A DNA stretch of 64,000 bases from a virus (lineage: Duplodnaviria > Caudoviricetes). Below are positions 1 through 8,010 of this stretch, piece after piece. Numbering within the stretch: position 1 is the first letter of the stretch; every line of letters begins with the position of its first letter. The notes beneath the pieces are model-generated. The model saw only the letters and a program-made list of their open reading frames with translations, had not been told where the DNA came from and made no database searches. The stretch is from positions 181-64,180 of the IMG/VR virus record IMGVR_UViG_3300037784_000034, one strand, 5' to 3'. Both the position numbers and the translations under genes were made by a program.

Positions 1-1
1 G

Positions 2-49
2 GATGGCACGAACTGGCGTCGGGCCTCCGACCGGGCAATCATCAGCTAA
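2..49 (+). CDS. C-terminal fragment of tail fibre protein (truncated by window start)
   Basis: Reads DGTNWRRASDRAIIS*, resembling C-termini of alphaproteobacterial phage tail fibres. Confidence 0.55.
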   Translation, partial: DGTNWRRASDRAIIS

Positions 50-60
50 GGACATCTCCC

Positions 61-588
61 ATGACCATCACGAAAGACGACCACCTTTATGAGATCATGC
101 TCCGGCTGAACCCGGACGGCAGCGTGCGCGGCGCCCACCAGGTAAGCCTCGAGCGGCTGATGGACGGTGAAACCGTCATCAGCGAACGGGAAATGCCGGC
201 CATTGCCATCGACCCTGACGACATCGCGGGGCTGATCGGTGCGAACTCGGCAGAGATGATTGCCCAGATCACGCGGTTGCAGACGGAGCGCGACGATGCG
301 GTCAGCGCGCTTGAAGCCGCCGAGTCCCGGATCGCGGAACTGACAGCTTCGGTCGATGGCGGTTCTCGCCGCATCGCTGGCGCTTACTTCAGGTCCGCCC
401 TGATAGAAATGGAACTGATCGACACTGTGAGAGCCGCAATCACCGATCCGGTGAAGCTCGAGCTATTCAACACCGCGACTGAGTTCAACGACCAGGACGC
501 GGACGTCAAAGCGATTGCGACCGCGCTCGATATCGATCTCTCTGCCGTGTTCGACGCCGCCGAGGCGATCCGCGCCGGCCGGGGTTGA
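61..588 (+). CDS. tail-fibre-associated hypothetical protein with coiled coil
   Basis: 175-aa ORF with RBS, between tail fibre end and endolysin. Confidence 0.65.
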   Translation: MTITKDDHLYEIMLRLNPDGSVRGAHQVSLERLMDGETVISEREMPAIAIDPDDIAGLIGANSAEMIAQITRLQTERDDAVSALEAAESRIAELTASVDGGSRRIAGAYFRSALIEMELIDTVRAAITDPVKLELFNTATEFNDQDADVKAIATALDIDLSAVFDAAEAIRAGRG

Positions 589-630
589 TCGCCCGCAGGG
601 TTTATCAGCACCAACCATAAGGAAATTGTT

Positions 631-1335
631 ATGGACTTCGAACACTGGCTTCAAAGCCGGCTGACGGCGCACGGCTATCCAGTCGGGCCTATCGGCGGCG
701 CATTCGGAACGAAGAGCAGGGCGGCGCTTGTATCGTTTCAGCGCGCCGCAGGGCTCAAACCAAGCGGCATGGGCGATGCGGCAACCGTTGCAGCACTAAG
801 GGCAAACCCGGCCGGAGAAACCCGCCCGGTGGCACCCGCGCCCGCCGAACGCATGCCGCCATGGATGGCAGAGATGTACCGCCGAAAGGGGCTCCACGAA
901 GGGCGAAACAACTCCACGCTCTCGAAGTGGCTTCGGATCGGAAAGTATCTCGGCAATCCGGCGAAGCTGCCATGGTGCGGTGACGCTGTCGAGACCGCGA
1001 TCGTGAAGACACTTCCAGATGAGCCTGTGCCGGATAACCCCTTCTGGGCTCAGGCATGGGCAAGGTTTGGTGTCGCGGCAAGTGCCAGCGACGTCGGGGC
1101 TATCGGTGTGATCAGGTGGTCTGCCCGGGCCGGTCATGTCGGCATTGTTGCTGCTTATGACGCGAACCGTCGGCGTGTCCTGTTGCTGGGCGGCAACCAG
1201 TCCGACGCTATCACATTGTCGTGGTTCCCACTGAGCAAGTTCATCGCGTTCCGGTGGCCGTCGACATTCCCAAAGAAAAGCTATCCGTCCCTCGACGAGA
1301 GGGGCAACAGTGGCAGCCTCGCGGGGACGCGCTGA
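631..1335 (+). CDS. endolysin: peptidoglycan-binding domain plus TIGR02594/NlpC-P60-like amidase domain
   Basis: N-terminal FGTKSRAALVSFQRAAGL PG-binding motif; PWCG, HVGIV, LLGGNQSD motifs. Confidence 0.85.
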   Translation: MDFEHWLQSRLTAHGYPVGPIGGAFGTKSRAALVSFQRAAGLKPSGMGDAATVAALRANPAGETRPVAPAPAERMPPWMAEMYRRKGLHEGRNNSTLSKWLRIGKYLGNPAKLPWCGDAVETAIVKTLPDEPVPDNPFWAQAWARFGVAASASDVGAIGVIRWSARAGHVGIVAAYDANRRRVLLLGGNQSDAITLSWFPLSKFIAFRWPSTFPKKSYPSLDERGNSGSLAGTR

Positions 1336-1688
1336 TGCTCGTTCATATTCTCAGGTTCCTCGGGGTTGCCCCCCGTATCGCCGGCAAGAGTGGGAAGCGC
1401 GAGGCGGCGTGGTTGGCGTTTGCATCCGCCGTGCTGATGACCTTCGCCGCCATGTGGCTGGGCGTGGAGATGGTGAGCGCCATGACGGCGGTGCTGGTGG
1501 TCATCTGGCCCACGGTACTCGGATTGCTTGGCGCGGCCTACAAGCTCGAGTTCGACAAGGTGAAAGCCGATCGCGTTGAAGCCGTGCCGCCGGGGTGGCC
1601 GGAAGGCATCGTTCCACCGGAGCAGGATTCGGCCTACCCATCGACCGGGTCCAACGATGACCTCAAGCCGACGGCCCCCGGCCGATGA
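1335..1688 (+). CDS. putative holin
   Basis: TGATG overlap with endolysin; two hydrophobic helices. Confidence 0.6.
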   Translation: MLVHILRFLGVAPRIAGKSGKREAAWLAFASAVLMTFAAMWLGVEMVSAMTAVLVVIWPTVLGLLGAAYKLEFDKVKADRVEAVPPGWPEGIVPPEQDSAYPSTGSNDDLKPTAPGR

Positions 1689-2101
1689 CGGGGGCCGCGA
1701 TCGTGAAGGTCATTTGGCGGACCCTTGGCTTCACCATTCCGTTGCCGCTGGGTGTGATCCTTGCCGCACTTGCCTGGCTGCATTTCGACAAGGAATCGGC
1801 CATCCGCCAAGCCGTCAACGAGCGCGTCACCGAGATGGTGGCCGGCGGCAAGATCGCAGAACTCGAGGCGAAGCTCGAGGCCGAAGAGAAGATTGCTGCT
1901 GCCCGTGGGCAGGCGGCCGCTGAGGCGAACCGACGCCTGATGGCAGAGATCGACGCCCGGGTGAACCTTTCACGGCGGATGGCCGCCATCCAGACAGAAA
2001 ACGAGATCCTAAATGACGACCTGGCAGATCTGCTTTCGCGCCCTGTTGACGGTGATTGCGCTGTTGATCCTGACATCCTTAATCGGCTGCGCGGACGGTA
2101 G
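1685..2101 (+). CDS. i-spanin (Rz-like)
   Basis: N-terminal TM helix then coiled coil; overlaps a lipoprotein gene. Confidence 0.7.
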   Translation: MTGAAIVKVIWRTLGFTIPLPLGVILAALAWLHFDKESAIRQAVNERVTEMVAGGKIAELEAKLEAEEKIAAARGQAAAEANRRLMAEIDARVNLSRRMAAIQTENEILNDDLADLLSRPVDGDCAVDPDILNRLRGR

Positions 2102-2369
2102 GTTCATCGAATCCGAGCGGGAGAGGGCGAGTGCCGAGCAGGTTGAAAACGCGCTATCTGTCGCGGAAGAGGCCCAGCGGATCGGGCGGTCCCTCCCGGA
2201 GTACCCCGAAGACTGCCGACGCACCTACCGATCCGGTGTCAACGAGGGTGACCGGCTCGACGCCGCACTCGTCAAGACGGACCGCGCACTCTCGCGGGCA
2301 AACTCACAGATCCGGGTGTGCGCCGGATGGTACGATGAAGTGAAGACAAACATCGGAGTTCCGAAATGA
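2013..2369 (+). CDS. o-spanin (Rz1-like lipoprotein)
   Basis: Signal peptide ending in LIGC lipobox; overlaps i-spanin 3' end. Confidence 0.75.
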   Translation: MTTWQICFRALLTVIALLILTSLIGCADGRFIESERERASAEQVENALSVAEEAQRIGRSLPEYPEDCRRTYRSGVNEGDRLDAALVKTDRALSRANSQIRVCAGWYDEVKTNIGVPK

Positions 2370-2824
2370 TTTTCCACCACGCTACCCAATCCCTCAGGGA
2401 GACCTTCCCTGTCCGGGCGTCGGAGTGGGCTCTCTCGTGGATGCTATTCAATTGGGGAATAATCCTGACCCTCAACCCGAACCTGTTCGACATTAGTCCG
2501 AGCTACAACACGTTTGCATCGATGATGTCGGAAACCGCCTGGGGCTTGGTTTGCCTGGCGATAGGCGGGATGCGAATCGCCTTCCTGTTCATCAATGGTC
2601 TGTGGCGTCGATCCCCGCACCTCCGGATGGCTGGCGCCTTCATATCTTGCTTCTTCTGGTTTCAAATCTCAGCGGGATTCATCTATGCCGGCACATGGTC
2701 GACCGGTTTGGCGATCTATCCGGTGCTCCTGATGCTCGACATCCACAACCTTCTTCGCGCTGCCACCGACGCCGCCATCGTTGACAAAAAATACTCGGAG
2801 CGGCGCAATGGAACTGACACCTGA
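2366..2824 (+). CDS. multi-pass membrane protein (second holin-like)
   Basis: 152 aa, about four hydrophobic helices, ATGA overlap. Confidence 0.6.
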   Translation: MIFHHATQSLRETFPVRASEWALSWMLFNWGIILTLNPNLFDISPSYNTFASMMSETAWGLVCLAIGGMRIAFLFINGLWRRSPHLRMAGAFISCFFWFQISAGFIYAGTWSTGLAIYPVLLMLDIHNLLRAATDAAIVDKKYSERRNGTDT

Positions 2825-3074
2825 AATCCTCACCGCAGCAGTCGCCGGCATTGGAATACTGTTCACCGCCTGGCTGAAGTACATGAACACGAAGTCGGCG
2901 CCGTCCTCTGATGTTGCGCCGGTATCGGTTGTCGACAAGGAGCACGCCGAGCGCACAGTGCGCGCTCTCGAGCGCATCGCCGAGGCTGTAGAGCGGGCGA
3001 CCGACAAGCGACAATCTGACATGCAGGAAACGCTCGAAGAAATCGCCAAGACCATGAAGTCTGGCATGAAATAG
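2808..3074 (+). CDS. single-TM membrane protein (antiholin-like)
   Basis: MELTPEILTAAVAGIGILFTAWL TM then charged domain; GGAG RBS. Confidence 0.55.
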   Translation: MELTPEILTAAVAGIGILFTAWLKYMNTKSAPSSDVAPVSVVDKEHAERTVRALERIAEAVERATDKRQSDMQETLEEIAKTMKSGMK

Positions 3075-3171
3075 GGGTTTAGCCCCAATCCAGATCCCGC
3101 ATCCCCGCGGGGTACGCGGCCGTTGATCGAAACGAATTTGCCGATCAGCGGTTTCTCCACTCGGTCAAACT

Positions 3172-3208
3172 GCCCCGTGGTCTTCGGACTGCTGGGCTTT
3201 TCGCTTTT
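3172..3208 (+). terminator. intrinsic terminator of late/lysis transcript
   Basis: GCCC..GTC-TTCG-GAC..GGGC hairpin followed by T-rich tract. Confidence 0.6.
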
Positions 3209-3217
3209 GTGGGGTTG

Positions 3218-3466
3218 CTATTCAGGTCCGCGGAGAAACGCCAAGCGCGCTTCCCCCTCTTTCGTCAGCCAGCCACCACGCAGGTTCACCCCGTAGTCGA
3301 GATGGCCACGATCGTCCTCGCGCATCATCGCCGCCCAAACGACCTTCTCGGGCGCTCCCGTTTCACGCATCAGCATCTCGTCGGCCGGGAAACGCTCTTC
3401 GAAGGGACGCGAGTAGACCTCAAGCACCAGGCGCTCCGATATGTCCGATCGCTTCCAGCGGCGCAT
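3218..3466 (-). CDS. hypothetical protein (winged-helix-like)
   Basis: MRRWKRSD start with TAAGGAG RBS; 82 aa. Confidence 0.6.
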   Translation of the reverse strand: MRRWKRSDISERLVLEVYSRPFEERFPADEMLMRETGAPEKVVWAAMMREDDRGHLDYGVNLRGGWLTKEGEARLAFLRGPE

Positions 3467-3477
3467 GGCCTCGCTCC

Positions 3478-3663
3478 TTAGTTGGATGTGCCGAAGAACA
3501 TTATGATTGCACCCGTGAAGAAAATTGACATCACGACCCGCTGCCCATCTGTTGAAAGTTCTGCGGCTTCCGCGAACATGCCGTTCCATCCCGGAAAAAA
3601 TTGCTCAGCTATTCCGAGTGCGAGCAATAGGGCGGCTCCGGTGTAACGTCTGGACATTGCCAC
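3478..3663 (-). CDS. small two-TM membrane protein
   Basis: 61 aa, AAGGAG RBS, two hydrophobic stretches. Confidence 0.55.
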   Translation of the reverse strand: MAMSRRYTGAALLLALGIAEQFFPGWNGMFAEAAELSTDGQRVVMSIFFTGAIIMFFGTSN

Positions 3664-3670
3664 TCTCCTT

Positions 3671-3760
3671 TCAGGACTTGCGTCCGTTGATCTGTCGCGA
3701 CCGGGCAGTGTTCGCCCTGGTCTGCGCTTTGCCGACTTCCTCGATCAGCGCCGTGATCAT
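3671..3760 (-). CDS. 29-aa peptide
   Basis: MITALIEEVGKAQ..., ATGA overlap with upstream stop; below ORF-track cutoff. Confidence 0.35.
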   Translation of the reverse strand: MITALIEEVGKAQTRANTARSRQINGRKS

Positions 3761-4326
3761 GCTGCCACCTGCAAGATGACTTCGCGCTCGGCAAGTTCTT
3801 GCCGGCAATCTTCGGGCATAATGAACGGGACTGCGACGTAGAACAGCGTCCCTTCATGCTGAGCATATTTCATCGCCCGCACGAAGTTGGGCTTGGCATC
3901 GCAGGCGAAGTCGAACACGTCCGAAAACAGCAGCGGCTCCGTCACGCCATTTGCCCGGAGCGCTGCCTTTCGCGCCTCAAGAGCGTGGGGGAAGTCACAA
4001 GCGTATCCGATGCGGCGGGGCCGTTCTTGCTGGACAGGATCCCGGAAGGGCACGACAACGCGCGGCGCTGGCTTGGCATCAGGATCGCGGGGGATCGGTA
4101 TCATCGTGTTGTGCAATGGCTTCTCATCGCGGATCGCAATGGCTTCCGCATACAGCGCCCGCTCACGGGTTTCAAAGTGCTGCACATCCACCCACGCGAT
4201 ATCCCAGTACCAACCCGACTTGCTACGGTGCTGCCCGAGCCGAGCGACGTGACTGAGAGATACCCCGACATAGAGCAGTTGCCCCTTGGCGTCGAAGTGG
4301 CGGTACAGGCTCGTTCTGTCACCCAT
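3757..4326 (-). CDS. GIY-YIG nuclease fused to degenerate resolvase-like domain
   Basis: SLYRHFD..LLYVGVS..RLGQH..AEAIAIRDEKPLHN; C-terminal RRIGYACD..ALRANGV..LFSDV. Confidence 0.7.
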   Translation of the reverse strand: MGDRTSLYRHFDAKGQLLYVGVSLSHVARLGQHRSKSGWYWDIAWVDVQHFETRERALYAEAIAIRDEKPLHNTMIPIPRDPDAKPAPRVVVPFRDPVQQERPRRIGYACDFPHALEARKAALRANGVTEPLLFSDVFDFACDAKPNFVRAMKYAQHEGTLFYVAVPFIMPEDCRQELAEREVILQVAA

Positions 4327-4456
4327 CGCGCTTTACCTTTTCCAGTGCGGCGACCCGCATATAAGCTGAGATGGTCAGGCCAAGCTCGTCTGCCGCCTTC
4401 TTGATGATTTCATGCTGGTCCGGTGTGAGCGGTACAGGAACCCTTGTCTGCTTCAT
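4319..4456 (-). CDS. ribbon-helix-helix DNA-binding protein (antitoxin-like), 45 aa
   Basis: Manually translated: MKQTRVPVPLTPDQHEIIKKAADELGLTISAYMRVAALEKVKRDG; GAGG RBS; overlaps GIY-YIG start. Confidence 0.7.
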   Translation of the reverse strand: MKQTRVPVPLTPDQHEIIKKAADELGLTISAYMRVAALEKVKRDG

Positions 4457-4636
4457 TTGGCTATGCCTCTCTGTGTCGAGGCAATGATACTTGGTGCTTT
4501 TCTGGAAATCAATATGGTGAAAAATTGAAACGTTTATGTTGTCAATCGTGCACTTACAGAGTAACCTTAATCAAGGTGAAGCGCATAGCGCCACCCGGTC
4601 CAACAAATACCTGTAAGCTGCAGGTTGAACGTGGCG

Positions 4637-4713
4637 GGTGAAGTAGGGCTCCCGCAGGTAAAGGCGTTCGGCGGCTGGCGGGTCTATCTCTTCCCGGTGG
4701 AAACCCGGGCACC
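4637..4713 (+). ncRNA. candidate tRNA-like structured RNA
   Basis: GGTG/CACC closing stem, internal CCCGC/GCGGG arm, CCCGG-TGGAAAC-CCGGG arm with T-arm geometry. Confidence 0.3.
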
Positions 4714-4749
4714 TTTATACAGATCCAGAAAAGGCCGCCGGAGTGTCCC

Positions 4750-5028
4750 GTGCCAGATCGATGCTATTGGGTGAAAGACGAGCAGGGCGACGAGATCCTG
4801 ATCCCGATGTGTCACGGCAGTGCTGTCCATGGGTCGTTTGCCTGCACCTGCACGGTGCCTGATAGCCGGATCGAAGCTGCAGAGCGCGGGCGCCGTGAGG
4901 CAGAATTGTATGTCGAGAAACTGCTCGACCGAGCGCATGAGCGGGCGGAGAGATTGAACCAGATGTTCCGCCTCAACACAAAGCTTCAGGCCGAGATCAT
5001 TCGGCTTGAAAAACTGCAATCCAACTAA
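4750..5028 (+). CDS. hypothetical cassette gene 1 (Cys-rich N-terminus, coiled coil)
   Basis: 92 aa, GTG start after GGAG, ends QSN* in repeat. Confidence 0.65.
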   Translation: MPDRCYWVKDEQGDEILIPMCHGSAVHGSFACTCTVPDSRIEAAERGRREAELYVEKLLDRAHERAERLNQMFRLNTKLQAEIIRLEKLQSN

Positions 5029-5042
5029 GGCCGGAGGCTGAA

Positions 5043-5300
5043 ATGCGCTTCAACATCAACAACTATATTCGGGTTCAGCTTACCGATCGCGGTCGTGAAA
5101 TCCACCACGAAAGATGGCTGCGCACACTCGGCACCGAAGAACTTCGGGAGAGATACCCGTACCGCGCACCGGACGAAGACAGCGACGGTTGGTCCCGCTG
5201 GCAGGCGTGGGACTTCATGGCGACTTTCGGGCCTCATCTTGGCGTTGGCATGAACAACCCGGCCAGCCCCGAAATCATCATCGAAACAGAGTCTAACTGA
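5043..5300 (+). CDS. hypothetical cassette gene 2
   Basis: 85 aa, GGAGG RBS in repeat, ends ESN*. Confidence 0.75.
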   Translation: MRFNINNYIRVQLTDRGREIHHERWLRTLGTEELRERYPYRAPDEDSDGWSRWQAWDFMATFGPHLGVGMNNPASPEIIIETESN

Positions 5301-5314
5301 GGCCGGAGGCTTAA

Positions 5315-5515
5315 ATGATCAGAGTTTGCCCCAAGCGCGATGCGGTGTGCCCTCACGGCATGGACTGCCCTTTCGTGATCGACAAGTACAATTGCAAGCC
5401 AGAGCCGCCTATCGCCGCGATCGCTATTTCGGAGATTTACCTGGGGGTATCCATGGCGCGAGCGCGCGGCGTTGATTGCGGATCTCCGACGAACATCGAA
5501 ATCAAGTCCAACTAA
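5315..5515 (+). CDS. hypothetical cassette gene 3 (Cys-rich)
   Basis: 66 aa, RBS in repeat, ends KSN*. Confidence 0.65.
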   Translation: MIRVCPKRDAVCPHGMDCPFVIDKYNCKPEPPIAAIAISEIYLGVSMARARGVDCGSPTNIEIKSN

Positions 5516-5530
5516 GCCCCGGAGGCCATC

Positions 5531-5872
5531 ATGCACATTGAATTGACGGTTGCTGATCACGACAAGAACGGCTTCGTTTCGTTGGCCCGCTGGCCTGCGA
5601 TGTCGGAAGCCGAAGCGCTGGCGGTGCTTGCCGGGATCGATGCTGAGATCAGCGACGAGATCGAACCGGACATCAAGACCGCCAATTTCACTTTTATCCT
5701 TGACCTGCGCCATGGCTCTGAACTGGTCGACACCGGCAAGCGCCTTCTGCCTACGCAGGTAGCGATGCGCTTGGCGCCAGATCATGTTCGCCGTTGGCTG
5801 GATGAACGCCCGGAACCCGACGAGGTGATCAACCGCCGCATCCCGATGATCAACACGGCAATTGCCGCATAG
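5531..5872 (+). CDS. hypothetical cassette gene 4
   Basis: 113 aa, RBS in repeat; stop abuts next repeat. Confidence 0.7.
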   Translation: MHIELTVADHDKNGFVSLARWPAMSEAEALAVLAGIDAEISDEIEPDIKTANFTFILDLRHGSELVDTGKRLLPTQVAMRLAPDHVRRWLDERPEPDEVINRRIPMINTAIAA

Positions 5873-5894
5873 TCCAAACAGGCCGGAGGCTGAA

Positions 5895-6080
5895 ATGCCC
5901 GATGATCTGACCAGCTTTGATGCCTGCGAATGCCCCCGGTGCGGCATCGCGACCAAGCCGCGCAAAACAAACAAGGATGGTTCGGTGCGATATCGCCACA
6001 GTTGCGGGGATGGTGTCCGATACTCCTGGTCAATCGACCGCGACGGCGACATCTGCCGCGAAATTCAAACGTCCAACTAG
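5895..6080 (+). CDS. hypothetical cassette gene 5 (zinc-ribbon-like)
   Basis: 61 aa, CxCPRC..HSC, ends TSN*. Confidence 0.65.
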   Translation: MPDDLTSFDACECPRCGIATKPRKTNKDGSVRYRHSCGDGVRYSWSIDRDGDICREIQTSN

Positions 6081-6149
6081 CCCGCAATCATTTTGGTGAA
6101 GCCAACAAATTGATCCAAACAGGCCAATCCTCAGACCTGGCACACCAGC

Positions 6150-6180
6150 GGCGGCGTGGTTATCCACTGCCGCCATTTTC
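6150..6180. terminator. probable terminator between convergent genes
   Basis: GGCGGCGTGG-TTAT-CCACTGCCGCC hairpin then ATTTTC. Confidence 0.5.
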
Positions 6181-6206
6181 TGTGGATCTTAGACCTGTGG
6201 AATTTT

Positions 6207-6455
6207 TCAACTTCCGCCGTCGGTTTCCTCAAATACCCGAACTAATTCCTCAGGATGCATCAATCCCTTTTCAGCGTCCCACGGGTAACCGGTTTCATGG
6301 ACGAATTTTGCCTTCTTCATCGGCTCCCCGTCTAGGGTTGCATAATAGAACAGGGGATCCTGGGTTGGCATGCGCTTCAACGGCCCGGTGACCCTGCCGT
6401 CTCGTCGGATGTAGCGGCGTCCTGCTATGACTTGGGACGGTTTCATTGGTCGCAT
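6207..6455 (-). CDS. hypothetical protein
   Basis: MRPMKPSQ start with AAAGG RBS; 82 aa. Confidence 0.5.
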   Translation of the reverse strand: MRPMKPSQVIAGRRYIRRDGRVTGPLKRMPTQDPLFYYATLDGEPMKKAKFVHETGYPWDAEKGLMHPEELVRVFEETDGGS

Positions 6456-6555
6456 CCTTTTGGTGTAGGGCCACGTTTCACTGAAACGCATCTCAAGCCC
6501 CGTACAATTGGTCCAAAAGTGTAACGACCCCATTGAAATCATTGAGTGTTCTCAG

Positions 6556-6602
6556 AGCCTTCCAAGCTGAATACGCGGGTTCGATTCCCGCTACCCGCTC
6601 CA
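6556..6602 (+). mobile_element. attP core identical to 3' half of tRNA-Gly(TCC)
   Basis: AGCCTTCCAAGCTGAATACGCGGGTTCGATTCCCGCTACCCGCTCCA: anticodon loop, T arm, CCA; 5' half absent; adjacent to integrase. Confidence 0.9.
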
Positions 6603-6660
6603 ATATTTCAATGACTTACAAGGGGCGCGTTACACTCGTTTCACTGAGGCTGTGTAACGA

Positions 6661-7806
6661 CTATTTCTCCCTCTTCTTTGTTCGGGCATCGGCTACGCGC
6701 CGGGCTTGCTCCAGACCGCTGCCGCGAGCGTAGCGTCTGGTCATTTTCTCGCTGCTGTGGGTGGCGAGTTGCTGGGCGTCGGCAAGGGATCCGGTCGCTT
6801 CGTGCGTTTCCGTAACAGCGCCAGCGCGGCTGTCCATTGACCAGATCGTGTCTGACACGCCTGCAGCATCCCTGACCTCCCTCCACAGCTCTGTGTATCG
6901 GTTCTCCCAATAGGGCTTTCCGTAGCGCTCATCGATCACCACCGGCCCGATTTCGGGAAGAGGATAGGACTCGAGTGCGAGCATGACCAGCGGTAGCACT
7001 GTGAGATCACGCTCGACCTGGGCGCCTGTCTTGCTGGTCTCGAGCCTGAGAATCATATCCTTCCCGATCTGGCCGACCGTGAGCCCGCGCCAACGGAACG
7101 GGCCGTCTTCGGCAGGAAGCCACTCACCGATGATGTCGATGCGCCGGAGTCCTGTTTCAAACTGCATTGCCTGAACGAAGCCAAGCGAGGGGCAGCCCAT
7201 CTCGGCCGATTTCTCAACAATCGCGCGGCACTGTTCATATGTCATCATTGCGCGGCGCTGCGCCGGCTGCTCAAACCGCATAGACGACAGGATGGCCCGG
7301 GCGTCGGCACAGCCTGGCAAGCGTTCGCCGGCGCCATAGGTGAGAACCGCGCGCAGCATCTTCACCGCACCTGAAGCCCGGCGGTGTCCACTCTCCCGCC
7401 ACTTCTCAAACCACCGGCGAAAATCGGATGCACGAAGCTTGCTGATCTGACGATTGCCGACATTCTTTACGAGCACTCTCAGCGACGGCTCATAGTCCCG
7501 AATCCTTGTCGAGTGTTTGACGCGATGCAATGAAGAGGTCTGATCCCACATGAACCGATCGACGAGCGCTTTGATCGAGCCGTCGAACGCGGGCATGATT
7601 TCCTTGCCTATTAAGGTCTTGCGCAGATCCTCGGTCCACTCCTGACAGGCCGCGGCAACTTCTTCGTCGCTCAATCCGTCGGGAAGCCTGACCATCTTCA
7701 GTGTTTTCGGGGCGCCGGTAACGGCTCTTTGTGGGTTCCAGTAGTGCGCGGTCGTGCCGTCGCGGTTCTTCCTCGGCTGATAGCCGGGTCTGTCTCGTCT
7801 CATCAC
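6661..7806 (-). CDS. int: tyrosine integrase
   Basis: GLRRIDI (R), TSKTG (K), MDSRAG (R), ATHSS (H), TRRYAR (Y). Confidence 0.9.
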   Translation of the reverse strand: MMRRDRPGYQPRKNRDGTTAHYWNPQRAVTGAPKTLKMVRLPDGLSDEEVAAACQEWTEDLRKTLIGKEIMPAFDGSIKALVDRFMWDQTSSLHRVKHSTRIRDYEPSLRVLVKNVGNRQISKLRASDFRRWFEKWRESGHRRASGAVKMLRAVLTYGAGERLPGCADARAILSSMRFEQPAQRRAMMTYEQCRAIVEKSAEMGCPSLGFVQAMQFETGLRRIDIIGEWLPAEDGPFRWRGLTVGQIGKDMILRLETSKTGAQVERDLTVLPLVMLALESYPLPEIGPVVIDERYGKPYWENRYTELWREVRDAAGVSDTIWSMDSRAGAVTETHEATGSLADAQQLATHSSEKMTRRYARGSGLEQARRVADARTKKREK

Positions 7807-8009
7807 CAGTTTTCCTCTCCATCTTGGGCGTCGTTGCCCTTCGGAGATTGGCGACGAGGGCTCCTCTGGCCGTCAACCCGCTCCGGCCTGTGGATATCGG
7901 GGATTATGGTAGCAAGTCCGCTCGCAAGGTCGATTTCTATCCGAGCGCCCTCTTTCCGGGCCGCGCGGATCAATCTTTCGACACTCGATTGAACGAACGG
8001 GGCCGACAT
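7803..8009 (-). CDS. putative excisionase / small DNA-binding protein
   Basis: 68 aa, overlaps integrase start; positional inference. Confidence 0.45.
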   Translation of the reverse strand: MSAPFVQSSVERLIRAARKEGARIEIDLASGLATIIPDIHRPERVDGQRSPRRQSPKGNDAQDGEENW

Positions 8010-8010
8010 C

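Larger units (their letters stand above)
5019..6129 (+). repeat. dispersed gene-junction repeat RTCYAA(CTRA/ACA)GGCCGGAGGCTGAAATG
   Basis: Full copies at 5019, 5291, 5506, 5872; partial copies at 6071 and 6112. Confidence 0.85.

Noticed and set aside
4543-4550. Twelfth hairpin copy (CAATCGTG on + strand)
   Set aside because: No clean outer stem, no downstream R-CC and no RBS; it overlaps a TTGACA-like box on the minus strand
5019-6129. Integron attC array
   Set aside because: Only an RYYYAAC-like half is present; there is no downstream GTTRRRY or long attC palindrome, and the integrase shows no IntI-specific features I could recognise
6530-6602. Complete tRNA-Gly gene
   Set aside because: The 5' acceptor strand and D arm are absent; only the attP core is present
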